64,000 bases of DNA from Chloroflexota bacterium (lineage in GTDB: Bacteria > Chloroflexota > Limnocylindria > P2-11E). The DNA is taken from positions 17,233-81,232 of the forward strand of contig VBDU01000071.1 of NCBI GenBank assembly GCA_005883625.1, written 5' to 3'. Shown piece after piece: positions 26,550 through 36,157 of the stretch. Position 1 is the first letter of the stretch. Each line of letters begins with the position of its first letter. The position numbers and the translations under genes are program-made. The notes under the pieces are model-generated. The model was given only the letters and a program-made list of their open reading frames with translations. It searched no databases and was not told the DNA's origin.

Positions 26550-26983
26550 GGCGGGTTGGTCCCGACCGGGCCGAGGTAGAGATCGCGCGGCGGATCGTCC
26601 GGAAGGACCCAGCGGATGTACGGCTTCGCCCACTTCACGTGGAGCTCGTTCGCACGATCGGTCGCCGCCGCGAAGGAGCGCTCGAAGCCGTCGCGGTCGC
26701 GGGCGTCGATCGCGCGCAGCACCGGATCCAGCTGCTGTGCCTCGAAGGCCGCGAGGTCGCCCGCGTACTTCGGGCGCGTGACGGCCAGCCCGCGCTGCAG
26801 CCCGCGGACACGCCGGGCGAAATACGCGGCGAGGTCCCAGTTGCCGCCGCGCGCCGCGTACGCGCACTTCCACCAGGCGCTCGCGACCGAGGCCATGATC
26901 TCGCCCGTCCCGGGAAGAGCGTCGGCGATCTCCGACAACGTGAGCTCGCCATGATGTGTCTGGACTTTGCGTTCGTCGGACAC
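26546..26983 (-). CDS. hypothetical protein (145 aa)
   Basis: High-GC3 ORF with a GTG start. I recognised no family. Confidence 0.6.
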   Translation of the reverse strand: MSDERKVQTHHGELTLSEIADALPGTGEIMASVASAWWKCAYAARGGNWDLAAYFARRVRGLQRGLAVTRPKYAGDLAAFEAQQLDPVLRAIDARDRDGFERSFAAATDRANELHVKWAKPYIRWVLPDDPPRDLYLGPVGTNPP

Positions 26984-27085
26984 GGCGCGATAGTACGAAG
27001 GTGAGAGCGCCGGACCGCGGCTGGGCCGCGCAGTTCGCTCCGCCGGCAGCGGAGGGTCCTCCGCCTCGGTAGCATCTAGCGGCCG

Positions 27086-27586
27086 GTGAAGGAGCTCTTT
27101 CAGGGGCGGCGTTTCGGGTTCGCGCCGCGCCCGGTCCTCGCGTTCCTGGCCGTCGGCCTTGCGATCGGCGTGACCCTCGTCGACCTCATGGCGTATTTCG
27201 CGTGGGGCTCGCGGGAGACGAACGGGTACGTCGTCGTGGCGTACTGGCTCGCCATCGGCACGACGATCGTGGCGGGGCTCGCGGCGCTCACCGCGCTCGC
27301 TGAGTTCGTGGACGTGCTCGACGAGGAGCGCGGTCTCGCGCAGCTCGACCTGGCGGCCGCGGCCGTCGCGTTCTTCGTCTACGCGGCGTCGGCGGCGCTC
27401 CGCTCGACGGAGGTCGGCGCCGCGGCACCGTCGCCTGCGCCGTTCCTCGGTTCCATGGCCGGCCTGCTCATCCTGCTCGTCGACTCCGTCGTCGCCGCGA
27501 ACCTCTATGCGGCGCGCGAATGGGAAGAGCTAGAGGAAGAACCGAGCCGCGAGCGCCATCCGCGCCGGCGCGTCGCGAGCCGCTAG
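27086..27586 (+). CDS. integral membrane protein (about 4 TM), unknown function
   Basis: Hydrophobic 166-aa ORF with an acidic C-terminal tail. GTG 27086. Confidence 0.65.
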   Translation: MKELFQGRRFGFAPRPVLAFLAVGLAIGVTLVDLMAYFAWGSRETNGYVVVAYWLAIGTTIVAGLAALTALAEFVDVLDEERGLAQLDLAAAAVAFFVYAASAALRSTEVGAAAPSPAPFLGSMAGLLILLVDSVVAANLYAAREWEELEEEPSRERHPRRRVASR

Positions 27587-27589
27587 GTT

Positions 27590-27775
27590 CTAGGCGGCGC
27601 GGAGCTGGCGGAAACCCACCTCTTCCGCCGGCGTCTCGGCGTGCAGGTCGAACATCCGCAGCATCCGGTCGGGGTCGGTCCGAAGCGCGCGACGCGCGCG
27701 CCCGTCCACCATGAGCCGCTCCGCCTTCACCGCGTCCGCCATCGCCTTCTCGATCAGGTCCCAGAGCTGCGACAT
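27590..27775 (-). CDS. small hypothetical protein (61 aa)
   Basis: ATG 27773-27775 is preceded by AGGGAGGA. High GC3. The longer ORF 27590..28021 is rejected. Confidence 0.55.
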   Translation of the reverse strand: MSQLWDLIEKAMADAVKAERLMVDGRARRALRTDPDRMLRMFDLHAETPAEEVGFRQLRAA

Positions 27776-27897
27776 CGCTTCGTCCTCCCTGCCTGTGTTG
27801 GCGATACCTTCGCGCCGCCGGGCGCCGGACGCAGTCAGACCGCGAACGGACCGGAAGTGATCCCCGCGACACTGACCAGCGTCAAACAGACGACAGT

Positions 27898-28626
27898 TCA
27901 GGCGCCGGCGAGCTCCCGCAGGCGCAGCGCGTTCTTCGGCGCGTAGCCCAGCTCGTCGTTGTTGAAGTACGCGAAGACGTCGAGCCCGTCGCCGCGCCAG
28001 GCCCGGATCCGCTCCGCCCACTCACGGAGCGTCGCGTCGTCGTAAGCCGACGCGTAGCGCTTGGCCGGTCCATGGAAGCGGAGGTACACGAAGTCCGCCG
28101 TGACCGCCGTATGCGTCGGCCAGTGCGGGGTCTCGCCGATGACGAGCGCGACATTCCGCCGCCGCAGGAACGTGAGCGCCTCGTCAGTGAACCAGGACGC
28201 GTCTCGCGGCTCGAGCGCGTGCCGGCGCCGGCGCGGCGCGACGAGCCGGAAGAACCGCTCCGCGCGCTCCTCGTCGTACTTCATCCGCGGCGGTAGCTGT
28301 ACGAGCACGACCGCGGCCTTCGGGCCGAGCCCCGCCAGGGTGCCGTACGACCGCTCGACGCTGTCGCGCTCGATCCGGAGCCGCTTGACGTGCGTGATGA
28401 ACCGGTTGAGCTTCACCGCGTAGACGAAGCCGTCGGGTACGGCGTCGCGCCAGCGCACGAACGTCCTGCGCTCGGGCTGTCCGTAGAAGGGATTGTTCAG
28501 CTCGACCGTGTCGAAGCGCTCCGCGTAATACGCGAGCCAGCGCGAGGTCGGAAGATCGCTCGGGTAGAACCGGCCCTTCCAGTGCGCGTACTGCCAGCCG
28601 GAGGTGCCGATCCGCAGCTGGCTCAC
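27898..28626 (-). CDS. DUF72 (UPF0759, YecE-like) protein
   Basis: Motifs RIGTSGWQY..W.G.FYP and YLRFHG. GTG 28624-28626. Confidence 0.85.
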   Translation of the reverse strand: MSQLRIGTSGWQYAHWKGRFYPSDLPTSRWLAYYAERFDTVELNNPFYGQPERRTFVRWRDAVPDGFVYAVKLNRFITHVKRLRIERDSVERSYGTLAGLGPKAAVVLVQLPPRMKYDEERAERFFRLVAPRRRRHALEPRDASWFTDEALTFLRRRNVALVIGETPHWPTHTAVTADFVYLRFHGPAKRYASAYDDATLREWAERIRAWRGDGLDVFAYFNNDELGYAPKNALRLRELAGA

Positions 28627-28640
28627 AGGGCTCCGGCCGG

Positions 28641-29450
28641 CTAGACCGGAACTCCGGTGAGGAAGAAGATCACCCGCGCCGAGACCTCGCCCGCGAACAC
28701 GCAGCCGAGCGCGACGTAGAGCAGTCCGGTCGAGGACTGCGTGTTCATCCGCGCGGTCCACCACGCCGCCGCCGCGACCGCGAGCGTCATGAGGAGCCCG
28801 ACGCCGATGCGGATCGCGAGCGCGACGGTGAGCGCGGTCTCCCACGACCCCGTGAGATCGCCCCGGAACGCCGTGATCGTCACGAGCGCGAGCTGGAGCG
28901 CGACCGCCGCGACGACGACGAGCGCCGCGCGTTGCAGCGGGGCGGGCGAGAGCTTCGGCGTCACCAGGTACCAGTGCCCGAGCAGCATCGCGCCGTCCGA
29001 TCCGCCGAGGGCAAGCGCGCCGAGGGGGAGCGCGACGAGCGCGAAGACGTCATAGGGAGACTGCGAGGGGCGCGCGATCGCCGCGATGCCGAGCGTCGCC
29101 GCGCCGGCGAGGATCGCGAGGAGCCCGGCCGCGCTGCGCAGCCCGCGGGCGGGCAGGAACGCCGTCACGAGCTGGATCCCCACGAGCACGAGCACCACGC
29201 TCAGCGCCTGCGCGAACGCCCCGAGCGGCGCCGGATCGAGGCCCGCACGCTCGGCGGCCTCGCCGCGCGGGAACGTCGGCCCGAGCGCGAGCGCCGCGGC
29301 CATCGCGGCGACGTCGACGACCGTGACGAGCTTGATGAAGCCCGACGGCGCGCGCCCGGTCCGGTCGACGAACCAGACGAGGAACGCACCCCCGACGGCG
29401 AGCTCCGTGAGGACCACCGAGAGCACGAGCGGGAGGGTGAGGATGGCCAC
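28641..29450 (-). CDS. polytopic membrane protein (about 8 TM), unknown function
   Basis: 269 aa, highly hydrophobic. GTG start. Confidence 0.7.
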   Translation of the reverse strand: MAILTLPLVLSVVLTELAVGGAFLVWFVDRTGRAPSGFIKLVTVVDVAAMAAALALGPTFPRGEAAERAGLDPAPLGAFAQALSVVLVLVGIQLVTAFLPARGLRSAAGLLAILAGAATLGIAAIARPSQSPYDVFALVALPLGALALGGSDGAMLLGHWYLVTPKLSPAPLQRAALVVVAAVALQLALVTITAFRGDLTGSWETALTVALAIRIGVGLLMTLAVAAAAWWTARMNTQSSTGLLYVALGCVFAGEVSARVIFFLTGVPV

Positions 29451-29472
29451 GGCGTCACGCTAACGTGACATC

Positions 29473-30180
29473 GTGGCCGGCTCAAACCATCACGACCGCC
29501 GCATCGCGGCGATGTTCGACCGCATCGCGCCCCGCTACGACCGTCTCAATCACTTGCTATCGCTCGGCGCGGACGCCGGCTGGCGCCGGCGCGCCGTCGC
29601 GCAGGCCTGGCTCGGCCCGGGCGAGCGGGCGCTCGACATCGGCGTCGGCACCGGAGACCTCGCGTTCGGCATCCTGCGCGCGTCGGCCGCGGGTGCGCGC
29701 GTGGCCGGCATCGACATCTCCCCGGTGATGCTCGCGATCGCGTCGCAGCGCGCGGCCGCGCTCGGGGTCGCGCCGCGGTTCCACGGCGTCCTCGCGAGCG
29801 TCGAGGCGATCCCGTTCGCCGACGAGACCTTCCATCGCGCCGCGGCCGCGTTCACCATCCGGAACGTCGCGAAGCTGGACGTCGCGTTGAGGGAGATCCG
29901 CCGCGTCCTTCGGCCGGCCGGGCGCGTGGTCATCCTCGAGCTCCATACGCCGGAAGGCGCCGTGCCGCGCGCGGTCTATCGGGCGTACGCGCGCGTCTTC
30001 CCGACGCTCGCCGGAGCGCTCGGCAGCGATCCCGACGCCTACCGCTACCTGCCGAGCTCGATCGAGGCCTTCGCCGATCCGGACGACGTCACGCGTCGGT
30101 TGAAGGACGCCGGATTCCGTGAGGCACGGCATGAGCGGCTAACCTTCGGCATGGCGGCGATCCACGTGGGGGAGGCCTAG
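29473..30180 (+). CDS. ubiE: demethylmenaquinone / ubiquinone-precursor C-methyltransferase (UbiE/MenG family)
   Basis: Motifs MFDRIAPRYD..N...S and the SAM motif LDIGVGTGD. Confidence 0.85.
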   Translation: MAGSNHHDRRIAAMFDRIAPRYDRLNHLLSLGADAGWRRRAVAQAWLGPGERALDIGVGTGDLAFGILRASAAGARVAGIDISPVMLAIASQRAAALGVAPRFHGVLASVEAIPFADETFHRAAAAFTIRNVAKLDVALREIRRVLRPAGRVVILELHTPEGAVPRAVYRAYARVFPTLAGALGSDPDAYRYLPSSIEAFADPDDVTRRLKDAGFREARHERLTFGMAAIHVGEA

Positions 30181-30183
30181 GGC

Positions 30184-31332
30184 GTGGACTTCGACATCCC
30201 CGAGGAGTTGCAGCTCCTCGCGCGGACCGTGCGCGACTTCGTCGAGACGCGCCTGGTGCCGCTCGAGAAGACGATCGAGGACGAAGACAAGATCCCCGTC
30301 GAGGTCCTCAAAGAGATGGCCGGGCTCGGCTTCTTCGGACTGCCCTTCCCGGAGGAGTACGGCGGCGCCGGCGCCGGCGACCTCGGCTACTGCCTCGCGC
30401 TCGAGCAGTTCGGTCGGACGTCCGCCGCGTTCTCGAACGTCATCGGCGCGCATACGTCGATCGGCGCGATGTCGATCTACCTCGGTGGCACCGAAGAGCA
30501 GAAGCGCCGCTACCTCCCGGACCTCTGCGCAGGCGAGCGGATCGCGGCGTTCTCGCTGACGGAGCCCTCGAGCGGCTCCGACGCCGCTTCGATCCAGACG
30601 AGCGCGACGCTGCGCAACGGCTGCTGGTACCTGAACGGCACGAAGATCTGGGTGACCAACGGACCGATCGCGGACGTGGTCGTGGTGTACGCGGCCAACG
30701 ATCGGGCGAGAGGGCCGCGCGGCGGCATCAGCGCCTTCATCGTCGAGAAGGGGTTCAAGGGCTTCCGCGTCGGGAAGGTCGACGACAAGATGGGCCTTCG
30801 TGGCAGCTACACCGGCGAGCTGGTCTTCGAGGATTGCGAGGTCCCCGAGGCGAACGTCCTGGGCGGTCAGGTCGGAGCGGGCTTCCGCACGGCGCTCGGC
30901 GCCCTCGACGTCGGCCGGATCTCGCTCGCCGCGGGTGCGGTCGGATCGAGCCAGCACCTGCTGGAGCTGGCGATCGCGCACAGCAAGCGCCGGCAGCAGT
31001 TCGGCAAGCCGATCGCCGCGAACCAGGCGATCCAGTGGATGCTGGCGGACTCCGCCGTCGAGATCCACGCGGCGCGGCTCATGGTCTACGACGCGGCGTG
31101 GAAGATCGACCAGGGCAAGCGCCCGTCGCTCGAGGCGGCGATGGTCAAGGTGTATGCGTCGGAGATGGCGAACCGCGTCGTCGACCGCGTACTCCAGATC
31201 CACGGCGGCATGGGCTACATGAAGGAATCCCCCGTGGAGCGCGCATATCGCGACGCCCGCATCCTGCGTATCTACGAGGGGACGAGCGAAGTGCAGCGGA
31301 TGATCATCGCCGAGGAGCTATTGAAGGAGTGA
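30184..31332 (+). CDS. acyl-CoA dehydrogenase
   Basis: 382 aa with typical ACAD sequence (LTEP.SGSD, IYEGTSE.Q). Confidence 0.9.
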   Translation: MDFDIPEELQLLARTVRDFVETRLVPLEKTIEDEDKIPVEVLKEMAGLGFFGLPFPEEYGGAGAGDLGYCLALEQFGRTSAAFSNVIGAHTSIGAMSIYLGGTEEQKRRYLPDLCAGERIAAFSLTEPSSGSDAASIQTSATLRNGCWYLNGTKIWVTNGPIADVVVVYAANDRARGPRGGISAFIVEKGFKGFRVGKVDDKMGLRGSYTGELVFEDCEVPEANVLGGQVGAGFRTALGALDVGRISLAAGAVGSSQHLLELAIAHSKRRQQFGKPIAANQAIQWMLADSAVEIHAARLMVYDAAWKIDQGKRPSLEAAMVKVYASEMANRVVDRVLQIHGGMGYMKESPVERAYRDARILRIYEGTSEVQRMIIAEELLKE

Positions 31333-31461
31333 AAGCGCGAGCGACGAGCGGCTCCGCCGCGAGGAGCGAGACCACCAGCCTTGAGCGTGTCTCCTCGGCG
31401 AAGCCGAGAGATTGAGCAAGTGCAGCGGATGATCATCGCCGAGGAGCTGTTGAAGGCGTAA
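31289..31461. repeat. 44-bp direct duplication of the ACAD 3' end flanking an 85-bp insert
   Basis: 31289..31332 and 31418..31461 match at 41 of 44 positions, and both end in a stop codon. The insert contains the hairpin CTCGGC-gaa-GCCGAG (31394-31408). Confidence 0.8.
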
Positions 31462-33197
31462 TGGCGAAGCGTCTCAGAGCCGAACCGAAGGATCTCGCGC
31501 CGCTGACCGGCAGACCGTGGACGACGCATTACGACCCGGGCGTCCCGGCGACGCTGCGGTACCCGGACGTGCCCCTTCAGGCGTTCCTCGACGACGCGGC
31601 CGAGAGCTACCCGGACGCGACCGCGACCATCTTCTTCAACGCGAAACGGACCTACAAGAGCATCTCCGACGACGCCTGGCGCTTCGCGAACGGCCTTCGC
31701 CGACTCGGCGTGAAGGCGGGCGACCGTGTCGCGCTGGTCCTGCCGAACACACCGCAGTTCGTGGTCTCGTTCTACGGCGCGCTCCGCGCGGGGGCGGTCG
31801 TCGTCTGCTGTAACCCGCGCTACACCGCGCCCGAGCTCCAGCACCAGCTCGCGGACGCGGGCGCGACCGTCGTGGTCGCCCTCTCGCGGTTCTATCCGCT
31901 CGTGAAGGCGGCGCGCGCCGGCACGGCGGTCGAGCACGTCATCGTGACGAACATCAAGGAGGAGATGCCGCCCGTCCTGCGGCTCCTCTTCACCATCGCG
32001 AAGGAGCGCAAGGACGGGCATCGCCAGCCCTTCGCCGCCGACGCCGGCGCGGTCGCGTTCCGCGACGTGCTTTCGGCGCCGGTCGAGCAGTTCGACGCGG
32101 GCACGCGCTCGGACGATCTCGCGCTCCTCCAGTACACCGGCGGCACCACCGGCGTGTCGAAGGGCGCGATGCTCTCGCACCGCGCGCTCGTGGCGAACAC
32201 GCTGCAGTCGCGGGCCTGGTTCACGAACATGCGCGACGGCGAGGGCGCGGTCATGGCGGTGATGCCGTTCTTCCACGTGTACGGGCTGACCGTCATCATG
32301 AGTCTCGCGGTCCAGGCCGCGGCCGGCATGGTCCTCGAGCCGCAGCTCGAGCTCGAGCACATGCTGAAGGACATCCAGCGTCATCGGCCGCGGGTCTTCT
32401 CGGGCGCGCCGATCATCTACAACGCGATCAACAACTCGCCGCTCACAAAGAAGTACGACCTGCGCTCGATCGAAGCGTGCATCTCCGGCTCGGCACCGCT
32501 GCTCGTCGAGACGCACCGCAAGTTCGTCGAGCTGACCGGCGCGAAGCTCGTCGAGGGCTACGGCCTCACCGAGGCCGCGCCCGTGACGCATTGCAACCCG
32601 CTGTTCGGTGAGGGCAAGCAGAAGGTCGGGAGCATCGGCGTGCCGTTCCCCGACGTCGAGGCGAAGGTCGTCGATCTCGACACCGGCGACCGTGAGATGC
32701 CGATCGGCGAGCCGGGGGAGCTCGTCCTGCGCGGGCCGCAGCTCATGGACGGCTACTACCACCAGCCCGAGGAGACGGCGCAGGCGCTCCGCGGGGGCTG
32801 GCTGTACACCGGCGACATCGCGACGGTCGACGCCGACGGTTACTTCGCGATCGTCGATCGCAAGAAGGAGATGATCATCGTCTCCGGGTTCAAGGTGTAT
32901 CCCCGCGACGTCGAGGAGGTTCTCGTCACGCACCCCGCGGTCATGGACGCGGCGGCCATCGGCATCCCGCATCCGAACAAGGGCGAGGAAGTGAAGGCGT
33001 TCGTCGTCCTGAAGCCAGGGGCCACGGCCACAGCCGACGAGATCATCGCGCACTGCCGGAAAACGCTGGCGGACTTCAAGGTCCCGCGGCAGCTCGAGTT
33101 CCGCGCGTCGCTCCCGCACACGCTCATCGGCAAGACGCTCCGCAAGGAGCTCGCCGCGGAAGAGAAAGCGAAGCGCACGACCGCCGTCCCGGCGTGA
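31461..33197 (+). CDS. long-chain-fatty-acid--CoA ligase (AMP-dependent synthetase)
   Basis: Motifs YTGGTTGVSKG, GYGLTE and YTGD. Confidence 0.9.
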   Translation: MAKRLRAEPKDLAPLTGRPWTTHYDPGVPATLRYPDVPLQAFLDDAAESYPDATATIFFNAKRTYKSISDDAWRFANGLRRLGVKAGDRVALVLPNTPQFVVSFYGALRAGAVVVCCNPRYTAPELQHQLADAGATVVVALSRFYPLVKAARAGTAVEHVIVTNIKEEMPPVLRLLFTIAKERKDGHRQPFAADAGAVAFRDVLSAPVEQFDAGTRSDDLALLQYTGGTTGVSKGAMLSHRALVANTLQSRAWFTNMRDGEGAVMAVMPFFHVYGLTVIMSLAVQAAAGMVLEPQLELEHMLKDIQRHRPRVFSGAPIIYNAINNSPLTKKYDLRSIEACISGSAPLLVETHRKFVELTGAKLVEGYGLTEAAPVTHCNPLFGEGKQKVGSIGVPFPDVEAKVVDLDTGDREMPIGEPGELVLRGPQLMDGYYHQPEETAQALRGGWLYTGDIATVDADGYFAIVDRKKEMIIVSGFKVYPRDVEEVLVTHPAVMDAAAIGIPHPNKGEEVKAFVVLKPGATATADEIIAHCRKTLADFKVPRQLEFRASLPHTLIGKTLRKELAAEEKAKRTTAVPA

Positions 33198-35095
33198 GCG
33201 TCGGCGAGCGCGAGCGCGCGACGCTGGCGCGCGTCGTCGAGACGTTCTGTCCCGGCGCGCCGTCACGGGCGGTCGCCGACACGATCGTCGCCGAGCTCGA
33301 AGCGGTCGATCGGCCAAAGCTCGTCGCCGATCTCGTGCTCTTCCTGCGCGTCATCGAGCGGCGGACCGCGAACCTCGTGCTCGCCGGGCGGCCGCGGCCG
33401 TTCAGCGCGATGACGCGGCACGAGCGCGAGAGCTACCTGATCTCGTGGGGGGAGAGCGCGCTGCCGCCGCGCCGCGCGGCCTTCCAGGCGGCGAAGCGAC
33501 TCTCGCTCTTCGTCGCGTATTCGCGGTCCGACGGCGCCGCCAACCCGCTCTGGGCGGGCACCGGCTACGCGCCGCCCGCGCTCGACCCGCCCGCCCAGCC
33601 CATGCTGAGCGCACGAGCCGTCAGCGCCGGCGAGGTCATCGCCGCTGACGCGGTCGTCGTCGGGTCGGGAGCCGGTGGCGGCGTCGCCGCCGCCGAGCTC
33701 GCGGCGGCGGGGCGACACGTCCTCGTGCTCGAGCAGGGCGCGCTCGCGACCGAGGACGAGTTCGAGGGGCGCGAGGACCGCGGCGCCGCCGGCCTGTTCT
33801 GGGATCGCCAGCTCCTCACCACCGAGGACCTCGCGATCAGCGTCTTCGCCGGCCGCACGGTGGGCGGCGGGACGGTCGTGAACTGGAACACCTCGCTCCG
33901 CCTTCCCGAGGACGTGCGCGAGGAGTGGACGCGGGCGGGCCTCGACGGCATGGGCTCGGCTCTCGACGAGCACTACGACGCGGTGGAGTCGCGCCTCGAC
34001 ATCGACACCGAGGAAAGCGAGCGCAATGCGCAGAACGCGGTGCTCGCCGAGGGTCTCGACGCGCTCGGGATCCCCTGGCGCGTCATCCCGCGCAACGTCG
34101 CGGGCTGCGGCGACTGCGGGCACTGCGGGTACGGATGCCGGCGCGGCGCGAAGCAGTCGACGATGCGCACGTATCTCGCCGACGCGCTCGCGACCGGCGC
34201 GGAGCTCGTGGCTCGCTGCCACGCGGACCGGATCGCGGTCGCCCACGGGGCCGCCGCCGGCGTCGAGGCGACGTGCGCCGACGGCTCGCGCATCACCGTG
34301 CGCGCGCCGCTCGTGGTCCTCGCGGGCGGCGCCATCGGGACGCCCGCGCTCCTCCTCCGCTCGGGCCTTGGTGGACCGCAGGTCGGGCGCTCCCTCCACC
34401 TCCACCCCGTTCCCGCGGTGCTCGGCCTCTACGAGCGACCCATCCGGACCTGGTCGGGCGTGCCGCAGTCGGTCGTGAGCGACGCGTTCGCGCGGATCGA
34501 GGGCGGCTACGGCTTCCGCCTCGAGGTGCCCGCCGCGCTCCCCGGTGTCCTCGCCGCGGCCTTGCCGTGGCGCTCGGCGGCGCAGCATCGCTCGCTCATG
34601 GAGGAGCTCGCCCACGTCGCGGTATTCATCCCCATCGTCCGTGACCGCGAGGCCGGCCGCGTCGTCATCGATCGCGCGGGCAAAGCGGTCTTGCGCTACC
34701 GCGTGAGCGGACTGACGGCGCGCCTCTGCACTCGCGCGATCGTCGAGGCCGCGTGCCTCCACCTCGGCGCGGGCGCGCGCGAGGCGATCACGCTCCATAC
34801 CGACCCGCTCCACGTGCGGCAGGGCGACGACCTCCAGGCCTTCGCGCGCGCGGTCGAGCGGCGTGGCGTGGGGCCCAATCGTGTCGGCATGTTCAGCGCC
34901 CATCAGATGAGCAGCGCGCGGATGGGCGCGGACCCGCGGCGCAGCGTCGCCGACCCCGACGGCTGGGTGCGCGGGATCCGCGGGTTGGCCGTCGCGGATG
35001 CCGCCGCGTTCCCGAGCGCGTCGGGCGTGAACCCGATGCTCACCGTCATGGCGCTCGCGCGCCGCAACGTCGGGCGTATGCTGTCTCGCGGATGA
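33194..35095 (+). CDS. GMC-family FAD oxidoreductase (long-chain alcohol oxidase-like) with N-terminal extension
   Basis: FAD motif VVGSGAGGG and a GMC C-terminal domain. GTGA overlap at 33194-33197. Confidence 0.85.
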   Translation: MSVGERERATLARVVETFCPGAPSRAVADTIVAELEAVDRPKLVADLVLFLRVIERRTANLVLAGRPRPFSAMTRHERESYLISWGESALPPRRAAFQAAKRLSLFVAYSRSDGAANPLWAGTGYAPPALDPPAQPMLSARAVSAGEVIAADAVVVGSGAGGGVAAAELAAAGRHVLVLEQGALATEDEFEGREDRGAAGLFWDRQLLTTEDLAISVFAGRTVGGGTVVNWNTSLRLPEDVREEWTRAGLDGMGSALDEHYDAVESRLDIDTEESERNAQNAVLAEGLDALGIPWRVIPRNVAGCGDCGHCGYGCRRGAKQSTMRTYLADALATGAELVARCHADRIAVAHGAAAGVEATCADGSRITVRAPLVVLAGGAIGTPALLLRSGLGGPQVGRSLHLHPVPAVLGLYERPIRTWSGVPQSVVSDAFARIEGGYGFRLEVPAALPGVLAAALPWRSAAQHRSLMEELAHVAVFIPIVRDREAGRVVIDRAGKAVLRYRVSGLTARLCTRAIVEAACLHLGAGAREAITLHTDPLHVRQGDDLQAFARAVERRGVGPNRVGMFSAHQMSSARMGADPRRSVADPDGWVRGIRGLAVADAAAFPSASGVNPMLTVMALARRNVGRMLSRG

Positions 35096-35829
35096 GGAAG
35101 GCAGCCCTCGCTTGTCTGGCCAGCCTGCTGCTCGCCGCCTGCGGTGGCGGCGGTGGCGGGTCGGGCGGCGCGGGCGCGGGTGGAGCCGGCGGCGACGGGA
35201 GGCCCGCGAGCGCGTCGACGCCGACGAGCGCGCCGGCGGGCGGGGCGACGACCGCGCCGACCGTCGCGGCCGCGGGCGGTCCGGCGCTGCGCGACATCGC
35301 GACGCGCTCGAACGCGGCGCCCTTCAAGGTGAGCTACAAGTTCTCGACGAACGCCGGCGGCCAGGCCGTCGATGTCACGCAGACCTGGTACCAGAGCGGC
35401 AGCCGGTTCCGCATGGACCTCACGACGCCGCAGGCGGGCGGCGGCGGGACCTTCTCGTTCTTCTCGCTGCCCGAGGGGTCGTTCTCCTGCGGCACGTTCG
35501 GTGGCGCCGGCGCGCAGTGCACGGCGTTCCCGGCGGCGCAGGCCGGCGCGCAGAGTCCCGGATTCCAGCTCGACACCGACCTCCGCGCCAACGCCGACCG
35601 ATACGGCGCCGCCTTCACCGGGACGCGCCAGGTCGCCGGCGAGACCGGACAGTGCTTCAGCTTCAACACGGCCGCCGCCGGCTTCCAGCGCGGCACGGCC
35701 TGCTATTCGTCGAACGGGATCCCGCTCTACATGCAGTTCGATGTGGCGGGCGGGAGCTTCACGATGGAGGCGACCTCGGTCGGCACGCCGACCGACGCGG
35801 ACTTCCGGCTTCCGGCTACGCCCCGATAG
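35092..35829 (+). CDS. secreted lipoprotein, unknown function
   Basis: ATGA overlap at 35092-35095. Signal peptide with LLAAC followed by a Gly-rich linker. Confidence 0.7.
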   Translation: MRKAALACLASLLLAACGGGGGGSGGAGAGGAGGDGRPASASTPTSAPAGGATTAPTVAAAGGPALRDIATRSNAAPFKVSYKFSTNAGGQAVDVTQTWYQSGSRFRMDLTTPQAGGGGTFSFFSLPEGSFSCGTFGGAGAQCTAFPAAQAGAQSPGFQLDTDLRANADRYGAAFTGTRQVAGETGQCFSFNTAAAGFQRGTACYSSNGIPLYMQFDVAGGSFTMEATSVGTPTDADFRLPATPR

Positions 35830-35992
35830 CGGCGAGCTCGCGCGAGCCCGCGCTCGCGGTGAGGACGAAGCGATCCGTGCAGATCCCCTCGAGCGTGTTG
35901 TAGGTCACGCGCACGACGACGTTGACGTCCTCGTCGCGGCTGCCCGGCAGGAGCACCTTCGCGTTCCAGGTGACGGAGAGATCGATGAGCAT
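35816..35992 (-). CDS. possible small protein (58 aa)
   Basis: High GC3 from ATG 35990-35992 to the stop, but no clear SD. Overlaps the lipoprotein 3' end by 14 nt. Confidence 0.35.
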   Translation of the reverse strand: MLIDLSVTWNAKVLLPGSRDEDVNVVVRVTYNTLEGICTDRFVLTASAGSRELAAIGA

Positions 35993-36045
35993 GCCGTTAC
36001 TGTCGCGGCGCGTGATCGAGCCTCCATCGGCCGGTAAGGGGAAGT

Positions 36046-36140
36046 GCGCTCCCCCGGGCGGGGGTGAAGTGTCGAGGGGGCTTGGGGTCGAAGGAGGCTT
36101 GCGGTCGAAGGGGGCTCTGCCCCCCTCGAACCCCCCCGGC
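36046..36140. repeat. cluster of REP-like G5/C5 hairpins
   Basis: CCCCC-gggc-GGGGG (36051-36064) and TCGAAGGGGG-ctctg-CCCCCCTCGA (36105-36129), with GTCGAAGG repeated in between. Confidence 0.55.
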
Positions 36141-36157
36141 CGTCTAAAGTCGGCCAT

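Noticed and set aside
31333-31417. The 85-bp insert as a classical MITE or IS remnant
   Set aside because: I saw no terminal inverted repeats and it has no coding capacity. It shares only the GAA-triloop hairpin half of the REP-like element, so it is kept as a repeat-associated insertion of unclear origin.
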